NCBI GenBank assembly: GCA_013204585.1
Contig: JABMNL010000035.1
Span: forward strand, 10,803 to 74,802
Length of the DNA stretch: 64,000 nucleotides
Source of the DNA: SAR202 cluster bacterium
Lineage (GTDB): Bacteria; Chloroflexota; Dehalococcoidia; Lucifugimonadales; UBA3495
Direction: 5' to 3'
Shown: positions 9,635 to 20,319 of the stretch, piece by piece
Position numbering within the stretch: the first letter of the stretch is position 1
Layout of the letters: the number at the start of each line of letters is the position of its first letter
Notes under the pieces: model-generated
The model's input: the letters and a program-made list of their open reading frames with translations, nothing else
Databases searched by the model: none
Told to the model about the DNA's origin: nothing
Made by a program: the position numbers and the translations under genes

Positions 9635-10480
9635 ATGGCACGCACCATCGGATTTCTCGGCCCGGCAGGGACTTATTCGGAAGAAGCTGCCCTGCTTTAC
9701 GACCCCACCGCTGATTGCACTTTCCCAACCATCTCATCGGTGGGGGAAGCCGTGGCTTCGGGCGAAGTCGAAGAAGGCATCGTCCCAATAGAAAACAGCC
9801 TGGCTGGCTCGGTGATTCCCACGTTGGACCTGCTGCTTAGTCAGCCTTCGCTCTACATCCGGGGTGAAATAGATCTTCCAATCGAGCATTACTTGTTGAC
9901 CAAACCCGGGACCAATCCGGCTGATATCAAAGTGATTTACTCGCACCCTCAGGCCTTGTCCCAATGCATCAACTATCTTGAGAAAAACTACCCTCAGGCC
10001 GAGCAAATGGCGTCGCTCAGCACTGTGCTGTGCGTGTCGGATATGTTCGCCAGTTCAGTGCCAGCCGCAGCAATATCGCCACGCCGGGCATCGGAACTAT
10101 ACGATGTAGAAATCTTGGACAAGGGCATACAGGACGTGGCAAGCAACGTGACCCGATTTGCGGTGCTCGGCCTCTCGGATCACACACCCACGGGACGGGA
10201 CAAAACGTCGATGGCCTTTACCTTTGAGAAAGATTCTCCGGGGCTGCTCTACATGGTATTGGGGGAGTTCGCGCGGCGGGACATTAACCTATTCAAGGTT
10301 GAATCACGGCCCACCAAGCAATTGCTTGGCGAGTACATTTTCATGGTCGATTGTGCCGGTCACCGCGAAGAATCACCGATGAAAGAAGCCCTGGCTGCGC
10401 TGTCAGACCCAATCAGTATGCTGCGGGTCTTAGGTTCTTACCCACGCTGGAATCCCAATACTTCGACGCCAAAGGGCTAA
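9635..10480 (+). CDS. pheA: Prephenate dehydratase
   Basis: FLGPAGTYSE, VPIENS, SHPQALSQC, NVTRF, KTS and ESRP motifs, with an ACT domain. Confidence 0.95.
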   Translation: MARTIGFLGPAGTYSEEAALLYDPTADCTFPTISSVGEAVASGEVEEGIVPIENSLAGSVIPTLDLLLSQPSLYIRGEIDLPIEHYLLTKPGTNPADIKVIYSHPQALSQCINYLEKNYPQAEQMASLSTVLCVSDMFASSVPAAAISPRRASELYDVEILDKGIQDVASNVTRFAVLGLSDHTPTGRDKTSMAFTFEKDSPGLLYMVLGEFARRDINLFKVESRPTKQLLGEYIFMVDCAGHREESPMKEALAALSDPISMLRVLGSYPRWNPNTSTPKG

Positions 10481-10502
10481 GAAAAGTTTAAAACCTTGCC
10501 GG

Positions 10503-10812
10503 AAAAAGCGTTAGCCCTCCCCCAGCGGCTTCACTAAGAACACACAAACACCACAACACACACTTCTTAGATCATCTTCCGATTGGAGAAGGGCTAACCG
10601 GGACGGGCCCTATGCTGTCAGACCACCCGGTAAACGCCCTCCATGGCGGCTCTGACATTAAGGACACGGGGCCCATGCACCCGTCTTATTTATTGGCTTC
10701 TACTTTTATCTAAGCAGATGCCTCCTTTGGTTATCGGCGCAAAAACTACGCCTTGTTTAATCATTGATATTTTCTTTGTTTAAACATATGTCTAACAAAG
10801 TATTTAGAATAT
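10503..10812 (-). ncRNA. Candidate structured small RNA (unassigned)
   Basis: Minus-strand consensus promoter upstream, two multi-helix domains whose G-U pairs work only on the minus strand, and a 3' stem followed by a U-run. Confidence 0.4.
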
Positions 10813-10818
10813 TTTTAT

Positions 10819-10847
10819 ATTTTAACCAAAGAAAGTCTTTATGTCAA
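10819..10847 (-). promoter_or_regulatory. Near-consensus sigma70 promoter with no annotated gene downstream
   Basis: Minus strand TTGACA (10847-10842), 17 nt, TAAAAT (10824-10819), in an AT-rich context. Confidence 0.75.
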
Positions 10848-10926
10848 ATTCCGTGCTTTCCCTGCCTAAATACACCCACCAGACCTATTGACAAGCGCTT
10901 AAAGAACTTTCGAAGCGCCACTCTCG

Positions 10927-13900
10927 CTAATTCCGTTCGATGGCATAGATGGTAGTGCCAGCATTTTCGAACACCTTTTGGCCCAATTCATCGAACTTTT
11001 GCAAACCCTCAACGCCATAGGTGATGCGTTCCAAGTCTCCGACCACCACGTAACTCACCCTATATTTGTTCAGTAGGGCCAGGGTTCGCCCGACGTCAGT
11101 GGTCTTATACATTTCTTTAATATCCAGGGCCCGCTCTTGGATGGCCGAAGTATAGGCCTCCCGTTGCTGTGTCTGGTGCCAAGGCCAGCCCAGCACCGTG
11201 GGCAGTCCGGTGTAGCTGGCGAAACGCGCGCCCCAACGGTATTGCTCCAGATGGGCTTCCAATACCACCGGTGAACCCTCCACATTGTCCTGTAGCCACT
11301 CAATTGCCTCCAGGTCCCATTTCAGTTCAATGGGTTGTCCCTGCTCATGGTGAACCGCCGTTGCCATATATGCCGTGCCGTCCTGTGTCGACGGGCCATC
11401 GGTGAACCGGTCTGAAAGCCGGGCCCGGCTGCCCAAAACCGTGTAGACAAGACTGGAGCCAATGAGGACCGCCAGTATGACCAGCCAGGCCCCAGACCGC
11501 CAACCCAGAGTCGGCCTTAAGAATCCCAACGACCCCAGGTGCCAGAGCATGTAGGCCGAAACAATACTGAGCAGCACCCATATCTCCAAGTAATACTTGA
11601 AGAAGCTGTTCATCCGGCCAATGTCACCCTCCACCCGCACCAGATCCACACCGATGCCAAGGATTAGCGCCAATACCAGCAAGACCAAGGGAACAGTTAA
11701 GAAAGATCGCTCGCCATCGTCGGATGACAATATTCGCCAGCCAACTATGCCCGTCATCGTCAAGAAGAAAACCAGCATAACGGCGTTCCAATACCCGGCG
11801 GCCCCAAAGAAGACCGCGCTCAATAGACCGATTGCCACACATAATTTTAGCCACGGCATTCCCGGCACTGAGCTACTATACTCGCGAAGCCTGACGCTCC
11901 AGAACAATTCCCTCAAAGTACCCTTGGCCTGATAGATTAGGGAGGATGCGATGATGAACAAGAATAGTCCGTGAATCCCGAGGAAGCGGTCAACCGGAGT
12001 CCGCCATAGCGAAACATCCAAGCCGGTATTGAATGTTTCGTAGGCTTGATGAAACGGTAGGAACGCCAATAAGCTGAAACCAACCACTCCGAAAGCCAGC
12101 ACCAGAAACATCGCCAACCTTTCCGCTGCCGAGCCTTCGGTGAAATAGGCAGCCAACGCCAGCAGTCCAACCGTCAGAATGACGTAGGACGGAAAATCCC
12201 AGCTATTAACGGCCCATAACGCGCCCAGACCCAGTGCCAAGGCCGCTGCCGACACAATTGTCCACAGCCAACCGCCGTCCCTTAAACCAGCCACCACATT
12301 TAAGCCCAGTCCAATCACCAATAGCGTGAATGGAATGACCATCATGTGAGCGTGCAAATCGGCAAACAAGAAGGTGAAGAACGGAAACTCGGTGATATGG
12401 AATGAGACATCCGCGAAACCCGGTATTCGCTCCGGCACCCAAAAAGCCAGCGGGTTGGGGTCAAAGTTCTCCAGATTGGGTAACATGCGGCTGCTGCGCC
12501 AGAAATCGAAGGCGGGATATGGCACGCCACCAACAAATCGGTGCCAAGAGTTCTGGACTACCTGAACCATCCCGTCCAAGTTACCGATTACAGCAATAAA
12601 TAATCCGCCCGTAAGCCCCGCCGCAACCGGACTCCAGAGCCACTGCCGCCATAAAGGACGGCTATCGCCAAAGGGCAGCGGAGGCAGGGTACCTAAGCCT
12701 GGCAGCGTAATGACGTGGGATGCAGCCCGACGCTGTCGCACCCCTTCGGTCAAGTTGTAGACCAGCGAGTAGGCCCCGGTAACGGTGAGGGCAAAGAACA
12801 TGGGCACGGCCAGATTGAAGGCGGTGGTGGGCAATATCCCAGTGACCCGCACGATGCTGGAAATTACGAAATAGCCCCAGTAGTAATAGTTAAGATAACC
12901 ACCGGCGAACCAGGGGTCGAAAGGCGGCAAAGTGGTGGAGCGGACCACCGCCGTCAGGTAGGCTAACTCCATGGGCTTCTCGCCGCCACGGTACGGGTGC
13001 CACAGGTCCGGGTTGGCGTGACGAAGCAGGACGAATCCCAGGAAAGCGGTCAGGAATAAGACTTCCGCAAAGAGCAACAGCAGCCAATTTTCTTGCAAAA
13101 ATTCAATTATCTCTTCCCGGCGGAAGACTAGGGTAATTGCCGATAACCCGGCAACCACGCCCAGACCGACGTACACCGCGTACCGGGAGTAGTCCATCCA
13201 CCCCAACGACACCGACAGCCAAGCAACGTAGCTGACCGCCAACAGGCCCAGAATTCGTGCCAGGACGATTCCACGGTCGGGCAATGGCCGGAAGATAAAC
13301 ATGGCCAGGGGCAAGGCCGCCAGGTAAATGAGCTCCACCAAAAGCAGCCAGACCAAGACCGGCACGTCATTGGTCCAACTGTCTCGGTCCGCAATATCAG
13401 AGAAGGTGCCGCCTTCTTGTTGGGCAACTAGGTCTTCCCCGGACAGCATCAGCCCTTCTTGTTCCAATCCAGCAGCCAGAGGTGGGCTCCTGAGTTGGTA
13501 CCGAATATCAAGTTCCGTCAGATGGGCCACGTTCTTAAACAACATGACTTGGGGATGGTCGTAGCCAACGACGTTGTCATCGGCGTAACCCAGATTAAGT
13601 CCAATGAGTGAGCCATCTTCCGGGGCTAACGGGTCTGGCCGCTCTAGACCTGCTCGCCCAATCGCATCATCACGGAACGACACACCCAACAGCTCTGGGA
13701 AATTAGTAAAGGTACGGTCGAGTTCGTAGCCCAAATCGCCGGAGAATAGCTCTTGATAATACTGGTTGCTGAAAGGGAAACGCTCGGGGTCGCGGGCGGC
13801 GCTGGTGTAGGGCCGGCTGCTGTAGAAAACTAGGTACTCTGATGTAGCTAACTTCTCGGCCAGCGTTTCCATCTTTTCGAGTGTGTCAGCATCGTAGACC

Positions 13901-15396
13901 GGGTACTGCCAAACGTTGTAGGAGTACAGGTTGGGCACAAACTCGTCCCAGTGGTTGTCGCTAACGATGGCTGTACCTTTGGGTATGTTTTCGTTAATCC
14001 ACGCCGACGCCGTAACCGCCGGATGGTCATTCGAATAGACCTTCTGAAATGCCAACGCATAGAAAGCGGTCGCTCCGACTACAAAAACCACTACCGCCAA
14101 AGAGATTCCGGGCAGAAACCGCGCCGGGTCGCCCTTCTGCCACACCAGATGCGTCGACAACGGACGGTAGGCCTGCACCATCCAAACCAGCATCCGGGCG
14201 GCCATGATAATCATGACCGGAATCAATGGGAAAATGTATCGGAGGAAGTGGACCTCGAAGGTTTCTAGGAAGATGAACCCGGGAACCACCCAAGCCAACA
14301 AAAACAGGTCGGCCCTCCGGTTCCCTTTGCTAATCACAGCAAACATCGCCGTAAACGGGATGGCAAACCAGGCCGCGACCCCCAGCGGAATTCCCAGCCC
14401 CCAGACCGTTGACTGCTGTATCTGATAGAAGAAGGACGGTGTCCCAACATATTGGATGGTGAACGGCCATAGACCGGCGGTCCGAGCCATCCGAGTCTGG
14501 GCCGCCAGGTCGCCCACGAAAGCGCCGATGTCCAACAGGGCGTAGGGAGCAGTAATGAAGAACACTCCGGCTGCAATCGCACCGGCAAGGGCGGCATGGC
14601 CCAATATCCGTTGCACCATTTCCGGCGTGATGTCAGACCAATAGCCTTTGGCATCGTCCAACACCCGGTAGCCATAGACCAAGACCAAGGGGGCCAAGAT
14701 GGGGAGGATGCTCACTTTGGGGGCGAGAGCCAGCCCCAGCATCAACCCCAATAACGCCGAGTCCTGCAGCCGCTTACGTTCCACCATCCGCAACATGGCC
14801 CAGAAACTGGCCAGGGTGAAGAACACAGAAAATGTCTCGGGCCGGAAGAAGTGGCTGTTCTGGATGTTGATTACCGACAAAGCCGTCAGACCGGCCGCCA
14901 ACAGGCCCACTTCTTTGCCGTAAAGCTTCCTGCCCAATACGAACACCATGGCCACCGAACCGACATCGGCCAAAGCAGACAACGGCCGGCCGATGTAGCG
15001 CATGTCCAGGGCGCTGATATCGGTAAAGAGCTCTACTATCCACCGGAAGAACACCATCAAGTAAATGAGGATGCTGCCCAACGGAAACCAATGGGGATTT
15101 AGGGGGCTACGGTCCGCATCGAACAAAGTTACGATGCCCGGAAGTCCAGCTTGGGCGTCCGGCTCCCCGCGGAGATAGCCACAGTCTTGGGCGTTGAGCG
15201 CGTTGGTCAGCAGGTCGTACATGCAACCAGAACGCATGTAGATGTCCCGTTCGTCGGGGTGGAACCCGTAGCCCTGGTCCCAGTTGACGCCGTTCAGCCG
15301 CAGACCAAGGGCCACCACCAAAATGAACAGCAACAAATAGAACGACCAGGACACCCGGCCACCAAAGCTCAGAAAATGTTGCTCCCTAAACGCCAA
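10927..15396 (-). CDS. Large GT-C membrane protein: N-terminal PMT-like glycosyltransferase fused to a DUF2298/Chlor_Arch_YYY domain
   Basis: N-terminal GFHPDER and HFFRPET (PMT_2-like), then GGEKPME...FDPWFAGGYLNYYYWG...ITEFPFFTFLFADLHAH and YTGLPTVLGW. Confidence 0.8.
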   Translation of the reverse strand: MAFREQHFLSFGGRVSWSFYLLLFILVVALGLRLNGVNWDQGYGFHPDERDIYMRSGCMYDLLTNALNAQDCGYLRGEPDAQAGLPGIVTLFDADRSPLNPHWFPLGSILIYLMVFFRWIVELFTDISALDMRYIGRPLSALADVGSVAMVFVLGRKLYGKEVGLLAAGLTALSVINIQNSHFFRPETFSVFFTLASFWAMLRMVERKRLQDSALLGLMLGLALAPKVSILPILAPLVLVYGYRVLDDAKGYWSDITPEMVQRILGHAALAGAIAAGVFFITAPYALLDIGAFVGDLAAQTRMARTAGLWPFTIQYVGTPSFFYQIQQSTVWGLGIPLGVAAWFAIPFTAMFAVISKGNRRADLFLLAWVVPGFIFLETFEVHFLRYIFPLIPVMIIMAARMLVWMVQAYRPLSTHLVWQKGDPARFLPGISLAVVVFVVGATAFYALAFQKVYSNDHPAVTASAWINENIPKGTAIVSDNHWDEFVPNLYSYNVWQYPVYDADTLEKMETLAEKLATSEYLVFYSSRPYTSAARDPERFPFSNQYYQELFSGDLGYELDRTFTNFPELLGVSFRDDAIGRAGLERPDPLAPEDGSLIGLNLGYADDNVVGYDHPQVMLFKNVAHLTELDIRYQLRSPPLAAGLEQEGLMLSGEDLVAQQEGGTFSDIADRDSWTNDVPVLVWLLLVELIYLAALPLAMFIFRPLPDRGIVLARILGLLAVSYVAWLSVSLGWMDYSRYAVYVGLGVVAGLSAITLVFRREEIIEFLQENWLLLLFAEVLFLTAFLGFVLLRHANPDLWHPYRGGEKPMELAYLTAVVRSTTLPPFDPWFAGGYLNYYYWGYFVISSIVRVTGILPTTAFNLAVPMFFALTVTGAYSLVYNLTEGVRQRRAASHVITLPGLGTLPPLPFGDSRPLWRQWLWSPVAAGLTGGLFIAVIGNLDGMVQVVQNSWHRFVGGVPYPAFDFWRSSRMLPNLENFDPNPLAFWVPERIPGFADVSFHITEFPFFTFLFADLHAHMMVIPFTLLVIGLGLNVVAGLRDGGWLWTIVSAAALALGLGALWAVNSWDFPSYVILTVGLLALAAYFTEGSAAERLAMFLVLAFGVVGFSLLAFLPFHQAYETFNTGLDVSLWRTPVDRFLGIHGLFLFIIASSLIYQAKGTLRELFWSVRLREYSSSVPGMPWLKLCVAIGLLSAVFFGAAGYWNAVMLVFFLTMTGIVGWRILSSDDGERSFLTVPLVLLVLALILGIGVDLVRVEGDIGRMNSFFKYYLEIWVLLSIVSAYMLWHLGSLGFLRPTLGWRSGAWLVILAVLIGSSLVYTVLGSRARLSDRFTDGPSTQDGTAYMATAVHHEQGQPIELKWDLEAIEWLQDNVEGSPVVLEAHLEQYRWGARFASYTGLPTVLGWPWHQTQQREAYTSAIQERALDIKEMYKTTDVGRTLALLNKYRVSYVVVGDLERITYGVEGLQKFDELGQKVFENAGTTIYAIERN

Positions 15397-15496
15397 GACT
15401 AGTCATGCGCTCCAAATTGATTGACTGGGGATTGTAATCGAATCCAGGACAATGTTGCTTTGCATTATATTTGCCGGTGCCGAATACTCCGCGTAT

Positions 15497-15542
15497 AAAA
15501 AAGTCCCCCAGCTCTCCATTTTTCGGAGCCGGGGGACTTTTT
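15497..15542. terminator. Intrinsic terminator downstream of gap
   Basis: aaaaaagtccccc ... gggggacttttt inverted repeat with A/T tails on both sides. Confidence 0.85.
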
Positions 15543-15597
15543 AAAGCCTAACGGAGCTACCGAAAGCCCCGCTCTAGTTTACGGTTTAACCTGAAGT

Positions 15598-16614
<1,017 letters not shown>

Positions 16615-16805
16615 CTACCTCTCAATTATTCGCTATTTTATAGTAAGCACCGGGCAGAACCTGCAGCGGCGACGTGCCCAAATGCTCAATGTTGCCGGTA
16701 CATAATAACTGTCACCAAGGCGGTTGGAAAGCGCAGCTAGCCTCCATTAGGAGCATATACAGCAACGCACAAGAAAACGACGCCTAGATGGATCTGAAAA
16801 AGACC

Positions 16806-18125
16806 CTAGGAGCGGTGCAAATAATCGAAAGCCGACTCGCCAGCGTAATGGGCTTTATTGCCCAATTCAGCCTCAATCCTCAGGAGTCGATTATATTTGG
16901 CCACCCGTTCCGAGCGGGCAGGCGCGCCGGTCTTAATCTGCCGCACGTCCCAAGCCACCGCCAAGTCGGCGATGGTCGTGTCTTCGGTCTCGCCGGAACG
17001 GTGGCTCATAACGGCACCCCAACCAGCTTCCCGGGCCATTTTGTAGGCAGCGTGGGTCTCGGACAGGGTGCCGATTTGGTTGGGCTTGAGCAATACAGCA
17101 TTACTGGCTTTTTCGTCGATACCCTTCTTGATTCGGTCGATGTTGGTGACCAGTAAATCGTCGCCCAATATTTGGATCGAACCGCCGAGACGGTCATGCA
17201 AATCCGTCCAGCCTGCCCAGTCGTCCTCGAAAAGACCGTCTTCTATGGAAATAATGGGGTATTGGCGCGCCCACTCCTGGTACAACTTAACCAGGTCGGC
17301 GGAGGTTAGACTGGTTCCTTCACGCTCCAGCACGTACATGCCGTGACCTTTCTGGTATAGCTCGGAGGCGGCAACGTCCAAAGCGATGTAAACATCTTTA
17401 CCAGGAGTGTAGCCAGCTTTTTCCACGGCTTTCAGCACCATTTCCAGGGCGTCTCGATTGGACGGCAGACTGGGGGCGAACCCGCCCTCGTCACCAACGT
17501 TAGTATTATGACCGCCGCTGCTTAGCAGAATTTTCAGTGCCTGGTAAATTTCTGCCCCGGCGCGGAGGGCGTCACTAAACGTCTGCACTCCAACGGGCAT
17601 AACCATGAATTCTTGGATATCGGCCGAGTTTGAAGCGTGCTTCCCGCCGTTCAGAATATTAAACATGGGAACCGGCAGACTGACTTCAGCCCCGTTTGCC
17701 AAGTAATGCCACAGTGAGCCGTTCTTGCTATCGACGCCAGCAGCAGCCCTCGCTACCGCCAAGGACACTGCCAGTATCGCGTTAGCCCCCAGGTTGCTCT
17801 TATCGCTGGTGCCATCCAGTTCAATCAGTCCGGCGTCGATGGCTCCCTGGTCCAAGGGCGAGCGGCCCAGCAGCCATGGCCCAATAATGTCATTCACATT
17901 GGCAACAGCCTTAAGCACGCCGCCACCGTTAAACCTGGAGGGATCCCTGTCTCTTAATTCCAGGGCCTCGTGGCTGCCGGTGCTGGCGCCGGACGGCACG
18001 GCGACGTGAGCTTTCAGGCCGGTTGATAGGACAACCTCGGCTTCAACAGTTGGGTTGCCGCGTGAGTCCAGGGTTTCACGACCCCGGACAGCAGTAATGG
18101 TCACGTCGTTACTAGCGCTGCTCAT
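16806..18125 (-). CDS. eno: Enolase
   Basis: [34 protein letters not shown] and KYNRLLRIE. Confidence 0.98.
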   Translation of the reverse strand: MSSASNDVTITAVRGRETLDSRGNPTVEAEVVLSTGLKAHVAVPSGASTGSHEALELRDRDPSRFNGGGVLKAVANVNDIIGPWLLGRSPLDQGAIDAGLIELDGTSDKSNLGANAILAVSLAVARAAAGVDSKNGSLWHYLANGAEVSLPVPMFNILNGGKHASNSADIQEFMVMPVGVQTFSDALRAGAEIYQALKILLSSGGHNTNVGDEGGFAPSLPSNRDALEMVLKAVEKAGYTPGKDVYIALDVAASELYQKGHGMYVLEREGTSLTSADLVKLYQEWARQYPIISIEDGLFEDDWAGWTDLHDRLGGSIQILGDDLLVTNIDRIKKGIDEKASNAVLLKPNQIGTLSETHAAYKMAREAGWGAVMSHRSGETEDTTIADLAVAWDVRQIKTGAPARSERVAKYNRLLRIEAELGNKAHYAGESAFDYLHRS

Positions 18126-18160
18126 AACACCCTTTTGTCTTGAAATCGATTTGCGGGGGA

Positions 18161-18664
18161 CTAACTATCTTTACGATGGTTGCTGCGTGCGGCCACGGCG
18201 GCTATAGCCTTCTCAACCGCGTCAACTGGATCCAAGGCCTGGATGATGGAGCCATTAATATCGACGCCGTCACCATTGGAGGTCAGGGGCCAAGTTTTGA
18301 GGCCAATCACCGGTATGCCGTCGCTCAAGGCGTGGCCAATCTCGGAAAGGGTACCAAAGGCCCCGCCAATCGCAATCACTGCTGCTCCGGTGTGAACGAC
18401 GATTACGTTTCTGGAATAACCCATGCTGGTCACAATCGGGATGTCCACGTAGCTATTGGCCTCGGCGGCGGCCCGGCCCGGCAGAATTCCGATGGTGGTC
18501 CCGCCTTCGGACTTGGCTCCCCGGCAGACAGCCTCCATGATTCCGCTGAGTCCACCGCAGACAACCTTGATATCTCTGCGAGCCAGTTCGCGGTCGACCT
18601 CTTCCGCCAATTCCACATGCTCACGGTTGGCGGGATTACTGCTGCCAATCACTGAAATTATCAT
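18161..18664 (-). CDS. TIGR00725 / LOG (SLOG) family protein
   Basis: [17 protein letters not shown]...TIGILPG, SRNVIVV and [10 protein letters not shown]. Confidence 0.85.
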   Translation of the reverse strand: MIISVIGSSNPANREHVELAEEVDRELARRDIKVVCGGLSGIMEAVCRGAKSEGGTTIGILPGRAAAEANSYVDIPIVTSMGYSRNVIVVHTGAAVIAIGGAFGTLSEIGHALSDGIPVIGLKTWPLTSNGDGVDINGSIIQALDPVDAVEKAIAAVAARSNHRKDS

Positions 18665-18760
18665 CTAATAACAATAGCCTTTATAGGGGCAATTACGCCT
18701 CACAGATAGCCCAATGGGGAGCGGGACAAGTATATCAGACCGTACCATTTATCCATTAGA

Positions 18761-18792
18761 AGCCGAGCCAAAGGTAGCAGCCGAGCCAAAGG
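18761..18792. repeat. 14-bp direct repeat agccgagccaaagg (period 18) just downstream of nuoN
   Basis: Copies at 18761-18774 and 18779-18792. Confidence 0.8.
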
Positions 18793-18813
18793 CAAAGGTT
18801 ATCGAGCCTAGGT

Positions 18814-20313
18814 CTAAGGCAAGATGGCGCGGCTGGCAGCTTGAATGGTGTCAATCAGCGGCTTGGGATAAACGCCCAGCCAAATAATGGCCGCCATACC
18901 AGAACCCAACACCGTCAACAACGTAAGGGATGGCCGCTGCGTCAGGGCGGGGTGCGCTTGCAAGAGGTCTCCGCCGCCATCGGCGGCCGGGGCCGGCTCG
19001 ATGTACATCTGGCGAATAATCTGCAGGTAGTAATACAGGGAGATTAGGCTGCTAAAAATCGCCAAGCCAGCCAGCCAGAGCAAGCCCTCAGTCGCCACGG
19101 CGGTAAAGAGGTAAAACTTGATGGTGAACCCAGCGAAGATGGGCAAACCTGCCAGGGAGAACATGCCCATGGCCATTGACGCCGCCAAGAATGGCTGATG
19201 GTCTGCCAGGCCGCCCAGGTCGGCAATCATCTCTTTGCCAGTCATGTTAAAGAAAGAAATTATTGCCGCGAAGACCACCAGGTTGGTGATTGAGTAGCCG
19301 ACCAAATAGAACATCACACCGTTGGAGGCCAGGTCAGAACTTGATGAAAGCGCAGCGATACCGGCCAGAATAAAACCGACGTGGCCGATGCTGGAATAGG
19401 CCATTAACCGTTTCAGGTTTTTCTGGGCTAGGGCCACGAAATTACCCACTAGCATGGAAGCGCCAGCCAACACCGCGATAATTAGCTGCCACTGTTCCCA
19501 GCGGTCTCCAGCGGGGACAAACCCTTCCGCAACCAACCGCAAAATCAGGGCAAATGCCGCCGCCTTAGAGCCGATGGCCAGATAGGCGGTTACCGGATAG
19601 GGCGCTCCCTCATAAACGTCGGGGGCCCACATATGGAAGGGCACTGCGGAGACCTTGAACATTAGCCCCACCAGTATCAATGCCACGCCAACCCAGAGGG
19701 CCGGGCTAACCTCTGCGGCCAACGCCAGCGCAGAGGCGATGTCGTCGAATTTGGTCACGCCCACCGTGCTGTAAACCATGCTCACGCCGTAGAGCAATAT
19801 GGCCGAGGAAACCGCGCCGATGATGATGTACTTCAGTGCGCTTTCGTTGGATCTGGCATCGCCTTTGGCATATGCCGCTAGCACATAAAGGCTGAAGCTG
19901 AGCAGTTCCAAAGCGATGTAGGCCGTCAGCAGTTCCCGCGACTGGGCCATGATGTTCATACCCAGGATTGAGAACAGCAGAATTCCGTAGAACTCGCCCT
20001 GGTGGTCAAGTTTGTTCTTAACGAAATCCATGGAACTGAGGATGATGAACACGCCCAGACCCATGAAAAAGATTTTGAAGAAAAGGGCAAAAGCGTCCAC
20101 AGCCAACAGGCCGTCGTAGAGTAGCTCCTCCTCGTCCCACAACATGACCAGAGACCCAGCGATTAAGGCCAGGAGACCGGCGATGGAAAGCCACGGCAAG
20201 AATCCCTTCCGGTCTTTGGGTAGGAAAAGGTCAACTACAAAAACCAGAAACGCCAAGCCTGCCAGAGCAAATTCCGGCGTCAGTAATTCAAGATTGTCGG
20301 TGAGGTTATTCAA
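18814..20313 (-). CDS. nuoN: NADH-quinone oxidoreductase subunit N
   Basis: ALELLS, ALKYIIIG, FKVSAVPFHMWAPDVYEGAP and KRLMAYSSIGH. Confidence 0.95.
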   Translation of the reverse strand: MNNLTDNLELLTPEFALAGLAFLVFVVDLFLPKDRKGFLPWLSIAGLLALIAGSLVMLWDEEELLYDGLLAVDAFALFFKIFFMGLGVFIILSSMDFVKNKLDHQGEFYGILLFSILGMNIMAQSRELLTAYIALELLSFSLYVLAAYAKGDARSNESALKYIIIGAVSSAILLYGVSMVYSTVGVTKFDDIASALALAAEVSPALWVGVALILVGLMFKVSAVPFHMWAPDVYEGAPYPVTAYLAIGSKAAAFALILRLVAEGFVPAGDRWEQWQLIIAVLAGASMLVGNFVALAQKNLKRLMAYSSIGHVGFILAGIAALSSSSDLASNGVMFYLVGYSITNLVVFAAIISFFNMTGKEMIADLGGLADHQPFLAASMAMGMFSLAGLPIFAGFTIKFYLFTAVATEGLLWLAGLAIFSSLISLYYYLQIIRQMYIEPAPAADGGGDLLQAHPALTQRPSLTLLTVLGSGMAAIIWLGVYPKPLIDTIQAASRAILP

Positions 20314-20319
20314 TGGCGG

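Noticed and set aside
10741-10860. AT-rich patch as a possible oriC or dif site
   Set aside because: No DnaA boxes (TTATCCACA-like) or XerC/D dif consensus seen. It is better explained as a promoter region.
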